From Octopus vulgaris (taxonomy: Eukaryota), in assembly GCA_951406725.2 (NCBI GenBank), contig OX597822.1:30380001-30444000 (forward strand): a DNA stretch of 64,000 bases, in the 5' to 3' direction. A program made the translations under genes and the position numbers. This document shows, piece after piece, positions 26,433-40,524 of this stretch. Under the pieces are notes generated by a model that was not told the origin of the DNA, made no database searches, and was given only the letters and a program-made list of their open reading frames with translations. Positions within the stretch are counted from its first letter, which is position 1; every line of letters starts with the position of its first letter.

Positions 26433-27059
26433 CTCTATACGTTTCAGCACTGTCTGTGGCCTGTGGCTATGCTGTAGCAAATCATCTTTGCTTGTCTCAG
26501 TTTAGAGTTTAGTGTTCTTGGTAATTTGGTGGGGTTGTTGTTGCAGTTATTTAGAGCAATACTGGTCAGCTCTGACACGGGTATACGTATTTTCAAAATA
26601 GTCAGACCAGCACTCTCCATTTGTCAATCATATTCGCACATTACTATGCTTGGGTTCAGGTAGATTTAACTGCTATTTCTAGAATATCAAATCTCCGTCT
26701 ACATAGAGGTTCCTTCATAGAATCGGAGAATGTTGCGTGTATTGGCCACATACCCACTTTTGTGTTAGAGGCAGGAGATGAACTGGTTATACAGATTTTG
26801 TACTCCTTTTGACGTGGAAATATTTTCTAAACACCAATATATTACCTGTAATTGGTTTCTGTGTTGGTCTCAACGATAAATAAAACTATTCCATTTATTC
26901 AACCAAAGAAATTGCCTATCCGTTCTGTTATATAATGTAAATTTTTGGGAATTCCGAAACCACATGTACCCGTAATGTAGCCTATTCATGAGTTAAAAAT
27001 AAGAGCAATACAATCACTGCAACTTAATAATTTTCCGTTGCAGGTACAGCTCATGTGAT

Positions 27060-27740
27060 AGGCTTCTACACATCCTCCGTCACCTAAATCCACCTAAATC
27101 CTTGTTCTTGATCAAGATCTGTGAAACTTCCTCTCTGTTTTCAAAGTTGAGTCTTTCTTTTCTTTGCTGTTGAAAGACTTATAAGACTTGCCAATTTTTT
27201 AGAATAGTCAGACTTGTTCATCACCACTGTAGCATTTACCTTGTCCGCTAGAAATATTACGATGGAATTGTCACTCTGTAGTCTTCTGATAGCGAACTTT
27301 TTCTTCCTTAGTAATGCTTCGTTTGAGAAATTTCGCTTTTCTAGTACCTGTCTCACTTTCCACCTTAGTTCATCTCCCTGAGCTTTTGGTATCTTTATGG
27401 CTATCACTTCATTAGGGGCTATTATGTCCAAGTATAGAATGCGCTTGATGTTTGTCGCAAAGTTGGGACCTTTGTGTAGTACTTCTTCATCAGAGCTTTC
27501 TAAATGTCAGTTATTTACATTAATTACTGCTTTCACAGGTGGGTGACGGACTTCAGTCTTCATGCTCTGACCTTTGAGTTTCATAAACTTCTTAAACCGG
27601 CGTGTCTTCACCATTTCAAATTTTTTCACGTATGACTTTTCTAGATCTTGTTGGATTATCTTTCTACCATCATCTCTGGCTATTTTCCTAAGTAATGAAG
27701 ATAAACCTCTCTTTGATTTCGTTATTTAGTTGATGTTTTT
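27060..27740 (-). mobile_element. Penelope-like element N-terminal/pre-RT fragment
   Basis: AIRRLQSDNSIVIFLADKVNATVVMNKSDYSKKL matches the PLE DKG motif; upstream LHKGPNFA-like motif. Confidence 0.8.
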
Positions 27741-28214
27741 TCCAACGGTTGTAATGGATCCTCTCACATTTATACCAATAATCAGTGCACTTGCTTTTGT
27801 AAATAAATACCTAAGTTACAATCTAGATACGATAGAGATTTCAGAAAAAGAAATCAACCATGTAACTCGCACATTACAAATACAGTCTGTAAGTCGAACA
27901 GTGAAAGTGTGGAAAATTTTCCTCGGGTATAAAACGTGACGTTAGTATCTACTTTCCAAAGATGGAGATTTGTATCTTTGTAAGAAACAAGCTCCTTCTA
28001 CAGAGGAAGAATTAAAATAATTAAAACAGAACTCGAGCGCGCAAGCACACGCACACATCCACATACGTATACAGCTACACACACACGCACATATACATAA
28101 CACAAACACATACGTACAAATGTATATATATATATATATATATGACATTTCATTATGATATCTTGTAATTTTGCACATATTTATAATTCATTCTATTTCA
28201 TTTTATTTCTGCAG

Positions 28215-28665
28215 TTCGTCATGGACGTAATTTAATATGGGCTGGTCGACCTTTAGATTACGACCGAGCTTCCATAGTTGGTATTGAAGGTGACCCAGAT
28301 AAATGGGTCCTTGACAAGAAAATGACTGTTAGGCAGATAAGTGCTCCGTCGCGTATGTGGCACTTCCGGAGTTTGGCATACTCTTATTCGACGAAGTACT
28401 TATACTGGAGTGAATCAGGACTAAAACGAATACAAGGTCTCGTTCTCGATGGATATAAGAAAGAGACAGATAACATATTTACTGGAACATCTGCTGAAGT
28501 TGACGGCTTAGCTGTCGACTGGATTTCGGGCAATGTCTATTGGACTGACGCTATATATAACTGGATTATGATGGTGCCGCTGCGGCCGAACCAAAAACGA
28601 TTCAAGATTGTAACTAAAGTGGGACTTGATAAGCCCCATGGGATTGCTGTATTACCACAAAAAGG
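28215..28665 (+). CDS. LRP-like protein, visible exon 1 (YWTD propeller 1, first part)
   Basis: ttctgcAG acceptor, GTGAGT donor; YLYWSE, VDGLAVDWISGNVYWTD, GLDKPHGIAVLP; intron phase 1 in, phase 2 out. Confidence 0.95.
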
Positions 28666-30004
28666 GTGAGTATTTTTCAATTATTTCTGATTTAGGATCA
28701 TCGGATTATAAATTCGCTAGATACTGCATTCAGTATATGAAAAGTTCATACAATCATACACACATATATGAATGAGAATGCATGCATATGCATGTGTAAG
28801 TATAGTGATATATGAAGAAATTTATATACAGGATCCGTTCAAAGGAAAATGCACACTAGTGATAGACGGATCATTAATTTTGAGTGACTAAAAATTCTAC
28901 TTCGTATATAGTCTACTACTCCCGTTTGTTTAATTAACCATACGTATATTGAAGATGCAGATGGATTTAAAAGAAGCGCACATTTAAAAGTGCCCCCATG
29001 CCTTGAATATCTGGTATGATCTGACTCGATGAATGAAACCTTGATTTCTGAGCTGACGTTGACCTGGGTGGGTATTAGGGTGTGATGAATAAGGATGGCA
29101 ATTTACTGCGCTTCGAGTAGAGGTGACGTATCATGAGTTAGTAATTAGATTCACTGTGCCCCACCTCGCAGCCATCAAACATAAGTTATTCCTAGATTGA
29201 AGTAGGAATTCTCAAAAAGAATATGTCATAAACCAGAGAGTAACGAAACAAATTGTCAGTAAGCAAAGAATAAATAAATAAATAATTATTGCATGGTTGG
29301 AGAGGTTCCAGTTGTGTCCGATTTGGTGTCGTGGTTATATATAATAGAAGTTTCTGTGCTCTTTCGTACTGCTGGAGCGAACCATACTTTCAGTAGGTGC
29401 TGAAATCGTTATGATTTATGGTTGACAGCTGATGAAGGAAGTATCATGCAGTGGCAACTGTATATATTATATGAGTGTGTGTTTGTGTGTGTAGCTGCGT
29501 ATGTGTGCATAAACAATGGATAGTGTGATATCTGAAGCATAATATATCAAGGAAAATGACAGTGTGGTCATGGCTGGAACACTTTGAGACAAACCTGCTC
29601 AAGACTAAACGGGCAACAAGTACCACCATTACCCCACCACCAGCGTTAGCAACACAAATTCTACCACTACCACTATCACAACAACAACAACAGGAACAAC
29701 AACATTAGTACAGTATACTATTAATAAATACTCTGGGGCTGAGACCCATAAAGCGCACCTTCGGCAGTGTCTTGTAAGGAAGCCGTGAGGAAACTCACGC
29801 ACGCTATTATGACGACAGTCTCTTCATAACATTTTCCTTTCTTTTTTTTTTAATGAGAAGATAACAACTTTTGCAACCAAATAAATCTTCCTTCTTCGCC
29901 TTCGTGTTGGCAAAACTTAAAAAGGTTACAGCTACCTAAAATTTCATTAAAAATGGCGTCCTTTTTAATCATCATAGTAATTAGAAACGGGTAATATGAA
30001 AGAT

Positions 30005-30245
30005 GGAGGTGCGTGGCTTAGTGGATAGGGTGTTGGACTTATGATCGTAAAATTGTGGCTTCGATTCCTAAACCGGGCGACGCGTTGTGTTCTTGAGCAA
30101 AATACTTCATTTCACGTTCTTCCAGTCCACTCAACTGGCAAATACGAGTGATCCTGTGATAGAGCAGCGTCCCGCGCAGGTGGAGAATATATACGTCATG
30201 AAAACCGATAAATCGGCCCTATGAGTCTTTATGACTCGAAAACAA
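30005..30245 (+). mobile_element. Old tRNA-headed SINE related to type A
   Basis: GGAGGTGCGTGGCTTAGTGG..TTCGATTCC..TGTTCTTGAGCAAAATACTT. Confidence 0.7.
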
Positions 30246-30349
30246 CCTTTATCCCTTATCATTTCTGAATATGAATGAGAAATTTAATCTAAAGACAGAT
30301 ACTGAAATAGCAAGAAATTCATTTAAGAAAATATCAGGCATAAAAAAAC

Positions 30350-30640
30350 GTCGCTCTTTTCAAGCCCAGCCAGGCTCATGGGCCCGGTTTCTGTGGCGTA
30401 TGTGTCCCCCCTCCCCAGCTAGACGGGGCGCCAATCAATCGCAGCGTTACTCAAGAAACAGGAAGAGAGAGTGAGAGAAAGTTGTGGTGAAAGAGTACAA
30501 CAGGGGTCGCCACCACCCCCACCAGAACCTACAGGTCTTTTTCGCTCAATAAACACACACAACGCCCGTTCTGCCAATTGAAACCGTGATCCTCCGACCG
30601 CGAGTCCGCTGCCCTAACCACTGGGCCATTGCGCCTCCAC
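30350..30640 (-). mobile_element. SINE type A head with an alternative tail
   Basis: Type A head at 30640-30540, then a tail unrelated to the 7309 and 53439 copies. Confidence 0.8.
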
Positions 30641-30775
30641 AATATCAGTCATACTAACATTAAAATCATTAATACTACAACCAGAAAGAGAATATTAAAA
30701 ATCTCATGCTATTAATTTTTATCTCTGAGGTTGAAACATTAGCAAAAGTATTATTAAATAAAATAAAGAGTAATA

Positions 30776-31190
30776 GGCGCAGGAGTGGCTGTGTGGTAAG
30801 TAGCTTGCTGACCAACCACATGGTTCCGGGTTCAGTCTCACTGCGTGGCATCTTGGGCGAGTGTCTTCTGCTATAGCCCCGGGCCGACCAATGCCTTGTG
30901 AGTGGATTTGGTAGACGGAAACCGAAAGAAGCCTGTCGTATATATGTATATATATGTATATATATGTGTATGTGTTTGTTTGTCTGTGTTTGTCCCCCTA
31001 GCATTGCTTGACAACCGATGCTGGTGTGTTTACGTCCCCGTCACTTAGCGGTTCGGCAAAAAAGACCGATGAATAAGTACTGGGCTTACAAAGAATAAGT
31101 CCCGGGGTCGATTTGCTCGACTAAAGGCGGTGCTCCAGCATGGCCGCAGTCAAATGACTGAAACAAGTAAAAGAGTAAAGAGAGTAAAGT
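30776..31190 (+). mobile_element. SINE type B, full length
   Basis: GGCGCAGGAGTGGCTGTGTGGTAAG head, CORE-like TTGGGCGAGTGTCTT segment, (GTAAAAGA)n tail. Confidence 0.93.
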
Positions 31191-31254
31191 CTTTTGAGTT
31201 GTGAGCATAGAGAAGAGTTTTCAAAATGTAATGACAAAACACAGAACGAATAAT

Positions 31255-31820
31255 CATTTCTACTCTTGGCACAAACCCAGAAATTTTTGGGAAGGGGCCA
31301 GTCGATTAGATCGACCCCAGTACGCAAATGGTACTTAATTTATCGACCCTGAAAGGATGAAAGGCATAGTCGACCTCGGCGGAATTTGAACTCAGAACGT
31401 AAGGCCGAGAATATTTTAAAAGACGCTAGAGATCTTTATCTTTTTACTTGCTTTAGTCATTAGACTGCTGCCATGCTGGGGCACCGCCTTGAAGAATTTT
31501 CGTCGAACGTATGGACCCCTGTGCTTTTTTTTTCATGCATGGTATTTATTTTAATAGTCTCCTTTGCTGAATCACTAAGTTACGGGAACGTAAACACACC
31601 AACACCGGCTGCCAAAAGTGCTGGTGGGAGACAATCCAAAGCGCGCACACACACGCACACACACAACAGATTTCTTTTATTTTCCGTCTACCAAATCCAC
31701 TCACAAGACTGGTCGGCCTGAGGCTATTGCAGGAGACATTTGCCCAAGGAGTCATGCAGCGAAACTGCGCCCAGAATTATGTGGTTCGGAAGCAAACTTC
31801 CTACCACAGAACAACGCCAG
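31255..31820 (-). mobile_element. SINE type C fragment (31255-31400) plus diverged SINE type B (31440-31820)
   Basis: Family-diagnostic motifs on the minus strand. Confidence 0.75.
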
Positions 31821-31949
31821 TGCTAAACATGTAAGCAGAAAAAAATAATGTTTTACAGAGAGCGTTAATAGAAAACAGAATAAATGAGAAGAGGAAAATA
31901 AAAAAAAGAAATTTGAATAGTGTGGTTGGATGTTAGAAAAACTGACAAT

Positions 31950-32148
31950 ACAGTTCTATACTTAAGAGATGACGAATTCTGTACATCATTTTCATTATTT
32001 ACATTATTTATATTCGACGGATGTTTGTCCTCATCTTGTTTGTTGTTAACACAACGTTTCGACTGATATGCCCTCCAGCCTTCTTCAGGTGTCTTGGGGG
32101 AAATTTCGAACCTGGGCTCTCATTCCTAAGGTATTTTTCGATGTTATG

Positions 32149-32212
<64 letters not shown>

Positions 32213-32277
32213 TAATAATAATAATAATAATGATAATAATAATAATGATAATAATAATAATAATAATAATAATGATG

Positions 32278-32314
<37 letters not shown>

Positions 32315-32590
32315 CAATAATAATAATAATAATAATAATAATAATTATTATTATTATTATTATTATTATTATCATCATTATTGTTATTATTATTGTTCAG
32401 GTTACTGCTTGGAATCCGACCTCGGAATCTTGGGGTTAGTAACCTGGGCTCTTAACCACTACGCCATATGGAGTGAATTTTAGGGCTTATAAATCTAATA
32501 TAAGGCTGGAGGGTATATCAGCCGAAACGTTGTGTTAACAACAAACACGATGGCAAATATATATCGAATGTAAATAATGTAAATAAAACT
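31950..32590 (-). mobile_element. tRNA-promoter/hammerhead element (copy 2) with expanded (AAT)n and an inverted partial 3' duplicate at 32502-32590
   Basis: Minus strand GACAC-CTGAAGA-AGGCTGGAGGGCATATCAGTC-GAAA-CG-TT-GTGTT at about 32047-32093; A and B boxes at about 32410-32462. Confidence 0.82.
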
Positions 32591-32619
32591 GGACAATGTT
32601 AAAATACAATGAATATATA

Positions 32620-33045
32620 GGTGCAGTGTTGCTGTGTGGTAAGAAGCTTGCTTACCAACCACATTGCTCCGGGTTCAGTCCCACTACGTGGCACCTTGGG
32701 CAAGTGCATTCTACTATAGCCTCGGACCGACCAAAGCCTTATGAGTGGATTTGGTAGACAGAAACTGAAAGAAGCCTGTCGTATATATATATGTGCGTAT
32801 GTGTGTGTGTTTGTGTGTGTGTTGTGTGTGTGTGTGTGTCTGTCTGTCTGTTTGTCCACCCACCATCACTTGACAACCGATGTTGTTGTGTTTACGTCAC
32901 CGTAACTTAGGGGTAGGGCAAAAGAAACCGGATGAATAAGTACTAGGCTTACGAAGAACACGTCCTAGGGTCGATTTGTACGACTAAATGCGGTGCTCCA
33001 GTATGGATGCAGTCGCATGACTGAAACAAGTAAAAGGATAAAAGG
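32620..33045 (+). mobile_element. SINE type B
   Basis: Colinear with 30776-31190. Confidence 0.88.
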
Positions 33046-33154
33046 ATAAATAAAGGATATAAGAATGGCAGATGAAACAGATATGATGATTACATGGTGC
33101 TTAAATTGCTGAGAACAAAGGGTAACCGCTGCTGCCGAGGCTATTGTTGTTGCA

Positions 33155-33198
<44 letters not shown>

Positions 33199-33264
33199 CG
33201 ATGATGATGTTGTTGATGATGATGATGATTGATGATGATATGTATGAACGTATGAATGTATGTA

Positions 33265-36145
33265 TGTCATTCAGTTTATTTCAAGATTTCTTGCCAATGG
33301 AGAAAGAACCGGTTTCTAACCTAGATCCAAAGCTCCTTCATTGGAATTTCAGCATCAACAACAGGGTAGTTTTGTATGTATGTATGCATGCATGTATATG
33401 TTCAGATTTGTATGTTTTGCTTTACGCATGTATTCTCACTCATATTGTTGCATATCTAAACATTATCGTATATATTTAAATGATAAACTTCTAGCAAGTT
33501 TTACAGATTTTTACACTTCCAATGATGGATTGGATCTGTAGTCTTCGAATTAGCTTTTTTCTTCCTAGTATTGTGAAGCCTAATTTCTCAAGATTGATAT
33601 TTAGGCAGTGTGTTACATATCCCCGGGCTCCAATAATTACTGGTATAAACCTGAACTTGTAATCTGGATAGAGTAACTCCAGATTTCTCAATAGTTCAGC
33701 ATAGGTGTTCGCTTTTTCACTGATCTTTATGTTAACATCCACTGGGCATCTAATTTCCACAACTGTTCACAGTTTCTCTTCTCTATCCCAAATCGTTATA
33801 TCAGGTCATTTGTGCTTACATTTTATTGAGATCTTCACTGGTACATTTCACCATATTCCTTTTTATTATGAGTGGCTATGGCATTTACCATTATTGTGTG
33901 CTCTTATTTCTTTGCCCTCGGGATTATCCTTCTGACAGATTTCATTAGCCGTAATGATATTTTCGGACAACTGCTTATAATTTTCAGTGTGAACTCCACA
34001 ATGTCTGCACCGGTTGTCACATTTTACGGTTTTTTCAGCATCTCTGTCCCTTTTGTTCGTCAGGTATTTGGTTGATATTTCCTGTTCCTGGATTACAAAC
34101 GCATATCCTTCAAAGTGGGAGGTAGTAATCCGGCTATTCGTCCATGATAAACTGCTATGATGATCGATGTTACTATCATCACGGAGCTTTCTACTTACAT
34201 ATTCATGTATAGTTTTCTGCTCATATAGGCTCTGTTTTATTTTCTTTATTCGGCTGTAATATTCTTAAGTAACATGTGTTTTGTTACTGGTGTCATTGTA
34301 AGACATATTTTCATCCACCCCTAGATACCTGTAACATTCTTCTTCAGATACAGGGGAAACTGTCAAATCATTGATGGAGATGTTACTAGTCTGGTTTATA
34401 GTTTTCCACCTTTTCACAACCACATAACAACATTTATCCTGACCAAACTCCAACACTACATCCTTTGAGAATGTTGTAACTAGGTCAAGACTTTTTTTTC
34501 ATCTGATGCATATTCGTTGCATGAAGTTTTAAGTCATCCACAAAGAAACAGTTTGTAATTTTGGTATTTCTGTTTCCTTGTGATTCAGTGAGATATCCTT
34601 CAAACTTTCTTAATATGAATGACAAAAGGTTTACAGAAAATATAAACAACATCAGAGTTGTTGTAGCAAGTTGAATGGCTTCTGGCATACATGAGTGGGG
34701 AACAGAGTCAAAGGCTTTCTTGACGTCTAGCCACATTGAAACTAGGTTCCTCATGTGCTCTCGCACTTCTGACATAACCGTTTTGTTGATCAACAATTGC
34801 TCGGTACTTCCTCAGACTCCCTTCTTCCCAGCCGCTTGTTCTGCTGTGATAATGTTATTGGTTTCACAATGGTCCTAGAGCAAGAGGGTTAAATATCTTA
34901 TACATTAAGTTCTGGCATGCAACTGGCCGGTAGGTTTTTGCCATGTGGGTGGTTCTGCATTTGGAGATCAATTTTGTCTCTGCCAGAGCTAACTAGTGTG
35001 GTATGCTACTGTTCCCAATGAAAGCTTGCTGGTACAGATTGATAAGATATGGTCGGTAGAATGTTAGCTTCTTGTACCAATATCCAACAAGCAAGTCTCT
35101 TCCAGGTGCTTTTCCATCCTGGAATTTCTAGATCACAGATGCAAGAGTTTCACAATCAATGTTGTATGTCTTGGATGTAACACGAAGCCATAACTTTTTC
35201 GGATTTATTCCAGCCACAGAGCATCTTGGTTAAATTCCTTCTCTTCACTCCAGATTTTCCTCCAGAAAGAGTCTATGTCTTCTCCGTGATGTTTATTGCT
35301 CCTCCTCTCATGTCTCTGTATACTGCTGCCTGGTTGCGGTTAAATTTTTTGCTTATTGTTCTTCGCTCGGTTATTTTCTTTTGATGCCGGAGTTTTTCAC
35401 TGACAGCTTTTACCCCTGCTGGAGGGTAACCAATTTGCAATTGAGTGTCATCTTTTTGCTGTCTCCAAGCATAATTTCTATCTTCTTCTATACCTTCTTT
35501 TTGTGGGACGTATAGTGGTTTGCTTGTTTGCATACAATAAGCATCATTACTGATTGATGGTCTTCCGTAAACCAGTTATCTTTTTCTCGGTCTTCAAAAC
35601 CCATGATGGTACTTTCTTTGTTATTTCGGTTTTGTTTACTTTTTGAATATCGTTCATGTACTGTTTTACAGTAATAGCCAGAGCATATAGACAGGCGTTA
35701 ATCTACCAATATCTGGGTTCATCACACTGTTGAAATACTCATCACCAATTTCGTTAACAGCTTTTAATACCGTATCTGGTGCTTTTTGACTTACTTTGGT
35801 AGAGAATACGCTCTCCTCGAAAGAGCCCTTCAAAGCGAAGTTATTTTATCTCGGAAAATTTCAGTAAGGGCACATTTCATAGGCATATAATCCTGACTAC
35901 CACTTCTACTACAATAATCGTTGTGGTTATGCCTGCTATTTACCATAGTCGTAGCAGGAGGCTGTGGCCAGTTACTTGAGCCAGTAATGTAGTTTGGTTG
36001 ACAGGCGCTATGGAATCTGTTGGAATGTCGCTAGCTACGAAACCACGTCGTGACCTTATATTCACGCTTTCGTTTTTGTTTATAGAGTTGGGAAGAAGGT
36101 TACTTTTCGATTTTTTAAATAGTTAGTTACTAACGTTTTTTCTTT
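33265..36145 (-). mobile_element. Degraded RLE-type non-LTR retrotransposon (R4/Dong-like)
   Basis: LLINK..WLDVKKAFDSVPHS, FFVDDLKLHA, LEFGQDKC, YRYLGV, and restriction-like endonuclease region EIRCPVDVNI..EKANTY..FIPVIIGARG. Confidence 0.85.
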
Positions 36146-36146
36146 C

Positions 36147-36470
36147 TATGTATGTATGTATGTATGTATGTATGTATGTATGTATGTATGTATGTATGTA
36201 TGTATGTATGTATGTATGTATGTATATATGTATGTATGTATGTATGCATGAATGCATGTATGTATGCATGTATGTATGTATGTATGTATGTATGTATGTA
36301 TGCATGTATGTATGTATGTATGTATGTATGTATGTATGTATGTATGTATGTATGCATGCATGCATGTATGTATGTATGTACGTATGTATGTATGTATGTA
36401 TGTATGTATGTATGTATGTATGTATGTATGTATGTATGCATGTATGCATGTATGTACGTACGTACCTACG
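36147..36470. repeat. (TATG)n microsatellite
   Basis: Direct reading. Confidence 0.98.
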
Positions 36471-37501
36471 GATATAACATCGAAAGTGTTTATTGTAAGA
36501 CAAGCAGTCTTACAAGTGCAAAATAACTCAAAAAGTTGTGAAGGGTATTTGATGAAACTTGCAGAAAAAGATGGTAATGACACACGGAACAGATGATGAA
36601 ATTTCGGTAGTGATCCGGTAATTTTTATACATTCTTGAAGGATTTTCATTTCTTATATTTACTTTACATGAAGTATTACAATCTTGCGTTCTTTGATTAT
36701 CTCCCTTGAAAACACGTTCATCATTTCCACGTAACCTATGATGGCATTGCTGTTTCCAAAGTTTATTTTCGTTTCTCTCTTAGTAATTTTACTCGCATAT
36801 CTATCTTAAAATGAGCTGCTTGGCGGAGGTTTGCGGAGGATGACATGACAAGCCTTTGCTCCCTCTACCGCCGCTGTGAGATCCATATCTGTATGATGTG
36901 GAAAATATTCCATCAACGTTGCCCATCTTTAAAATTTGTCCGAGGCTTGTATTTCTGTTTTTAAAGGTTTTTTTTTTATCATATGGCTGTGTTATTTCTT
37001 TTTACCCCCGCCAAGGAGATTATGTTTTTGCCGGCGTTGATTTGAGAAATTGGCCGATTTTCAGCATGCGTGTATATGGGTGAACATGAGCTGCTTGGGG
37101 GAGGTCTGCCCTCTCCGAGTGCTTTTCTAGTTTTGACATTGAAATTCTATATAGTGAATAGCAGATTGCGACGAAGTTGTTCATACATACGTATCGCTTT
37201 GTATTAATGACCACGTCGCTTCTAATACTCATATATATCAAGCAAAGTATTTCTTACGTTGATGTTCAGCCTTGATGTCATATCAAATATTTTGTTTAAA
37301 TTTCTTGCAGCTTATTGTCGTGCTGTAAAGCTATATACCCGTATTCGCTACTTCCCTTGTTTAAACGTTATCTGCCCAAAAGACAGCTGACAGTCTTGTT
37401 TTCAGCTTGATTTATGACGGAATACCCCGGTAACTGTAGTTACAAGATTAGTACTTTTTAATTTTAGGATTAAGCTTATCACTACTTAGATATTTTTGTT
37501 A

Positions 37502-37900
37502 TTTTTGGCATTGAAAGTTACCCCAACAGCAGAATGGGGCGCCACTGCATGGTGCCAAAGATCCCAACATCACCATCAAAATACAGGACTAGATACTGCA
37601 ACAGCTTGGGTTTCAGGGGACCACAGTTCTTCAATATCCTTCCTAAATGCCCGAGAGACCTTCATGGTGTGGATGTGGCTTTCTTTCAAACTAATCTGGA
37701 TGTCTTCTTGTCAGGGGTTCCAGATGAACTTACCTCTCGGCAGGAAACACAGATGCGGGCAGCGGCGTCGAACTCCCTTGTTGACCAAGTGCCACGTATC
37801 AGAGGTGGTTTCACATACTAGTGTAGCACAATCAACGGTGGTGCTCCAGCATGGCCGCAGCTTTCGGGCTGAAACATTTTAAAGGATTTAAGGATTTAAT
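37502..37900 (+). mobile_element. CR1-like LINE 3' end with UTR
   Basis: GRHCMVPK..GPQFFNILPK..VPDE..AASNSL, then GGTGGTGCTCCAGCATGGCCGCAGCTTTCGGGCTGAAAC and short tandem tail repeats. Confidence 0.88.
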
Positions 37901-38312
37901 GCATTAGTTCAATGGTTCTTCTTTGGTCATTTTCTCTTGCTTTCCCCAAAGACAGTTTGTATCTGAGTATACTATATTTAATGCATGATTCGTTAGTTTA
38001 ACCAAGGAATTTCTCCTTAGATATACACAACACACTTGAGGACTTTAGTGGCGAACATGATCTCATTGCTGTCTTCATAATATTTATTGTTAACCTCGCT
38101 GGTCATTGTCAAGGAGGGTGCAACTATGACGAGACATGAGCTGTCACGTTTTGTCAACTTTTTACGTGGTAGTTTAGTATCCTAATGAATCATTTTGCGC
38201 GTAAAACTATGTCTTAATATCAATGACAACTTAATGTTTTGTTCAATTAAAACTGGTGACAATATTAGGCTTTGTTTAATATATACATACATATATTACT
38301 TACATACATACA

Positions 38313-38349
<37 letters not shown>

Positions 38350-38472
38350 ATATATATATATATATATATATATATGCGTGTATGTGTGCATACGTATATA
38401 TACATACATGTGTATGTTCGTATGTATGCATGTATGTATACGTATACGTATGTGTAAATTTATATACATACG

Positions 38473-38561
<89 letters not shown>

Positions 38562-40137
38562 GGGGAGAATTCACAAAAAAGCAAAAGAGGAAGACAGGTG
38601 GTGTAGACAACAAACAGATGTATTAGTATAACGCTCGGGAAGTGAAGAAGTCTTTAACGTTTCGAGCCTTGCGTATACATGTTTATATATATACATATAT
38701 ACATGCACGCGCACACAAACACACATGCATACCCACACACATACACGCATGCATACACACATGCATATATATATATACATATATGGGACTTGAAAACAAT
38801 TTCAGTTATGTAAATATTAGAGAAATTGTTGATATCAATAAATTAGTCATTGAGCTGCGCCCATACTGGAACAGTGCTTTTAAGGATTTCCATCTATCAA
38901 ATCGATCCACAATACCTTTTTTTACAAACTTTGGAACTTATTCAAAGAAACTCTTGTATTCCGAAATCATTATGGTGACAGAAACAAAGTAACATCTGTT
39001 AGTCAAGCTGTGAGACACGACCACAAGTGCACATATACACACATTTACACACACATGAACACACACACACACACACATACATCACAGACCAAGACACTTA
39101 TTCAAAGTGTCATGTGGTTGAACCGAACCCCAAACCATGCGACACCGAGGTGAAATTCATAGCCACAGCACCAGTCTGACTCTATATTCCTAGAAATATA
39201 TGCGTTCTTGAAGTCCTAAGTTTTCAATTTTTTATATTGTTTAACACATGCTTTAATATGCAACCAATACCTGTTTTTTACTATCTTCGGTCGCATTGTT
39301 TACAGAGACGTGTTCGTATACGAAACGTCGTAACTTTCAGTGATGGCTTTGAATTCTATACAAAAATCTATAGTTTATCACTTAAAAACTTAGCGTAATA
39401 TATCACATAATAGGATACTGAAGAGTGAAGGTAAGTTGTATTTCAAATTCTCTGATAAATTTTGATTTCTAGTTAGGAATATGTCCCATTGGAGCAGCAC
39501 GAACATAACCGATATTTTAACAATCAGAACTCACCCACTAAAAGCTCCATTCCTTTTTTTTTATATTTTACTTATATCAACCATTTGACTGTGGCCATGC
39601 TGGAGCACCATCTTAAAAGATTTTTTTAGTCGAAGAAATCGACCCCAGGACTTATTCTTTGTAAGTCCAGTACTATTTTTGCCGAACTGCTAATTTACGT
39701 GGACGTAAACACATCAACATCGGTCCTCAAGTGATAGTGGGAGGACAAAGACAGACACAAACACACACACATAAATATATATACACATGTATATGCCTGT
39801 CATCTCTTATGTCCCTGCCGTAAGGATTCGCTTCCACTCACGCCAGCTTAATTTACTTCGTCCTTAGTCAAAAGACACCTGTTGTTAATGTACTGTTATT
39901 TGCATTTGTATTTGTGTACCATTTCTCCGTTTTTTTCCGTCCTTGTTTTCGTATACATTCGCTGCTTTCTTCCAAGGAATGTAGTGTTCTTAAATTTTCC
40001 TTGAGGTTGGCCAGAATGGAGCAATCTCGAGTATAACCAGCCGAAATTGCAAGGAAAATTTGGAACTCGACTGATGAAAGAAAATTCAGGATGACTCGTC
40101 TTTGTTTTTTCTTGTTCCTTTTTTGTATTCTTTTACT

Positions 40138-40246
<109 letters not shown>

Positions 40247-40454
40247 ATTAATATAGGATGACCTAGCATATATAAAATGTCAATAGACAACATATTTATT
40301 TTCTGTATAAAATTAGTGTACATTTAAACACAAAAGAAGCGACCCTTAACAGACAGCCTTACATGCTAGAAGGAGTAGTCAAAATAGCCAAAACCACATT
40401 TTAAAGCAATTTCGAAGTGAATGAAAAATGAAAAAAAATGACCTTGTTTTTTAC

Positions 40455-40524
40455 AGCCATACCTAGATTTCGAATCTAAATAGCAAATAAAATTATTTGC
40501 TTAGCGAAATTCTCATCAGTGGCT
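40455..40524 (-). ncRNA. Type I hammerhead ribozyme motif with long stem II
   Basis: Minus strand AGCCA-CTGATGA-GAATTT..AGCAAATAATTTTATTTGCT..AGATTC-GAAA-TCTAGG-TA-TGGCT. Confidence 0.82.

Noticed and set aside
29395-29460. GAAA...CTGATGA in permuted order (also near 8533-8560)
   Set aside because: No convincing stems I and II for a type II hammerhead
39420-39440. Strong donor-like GAAG|GTAAGT inside the intron between exons 1 and 2
   Set aside because: Exons 1 and 2 already join in frame into a continuous YWTD repeat; no matching coding exon seen
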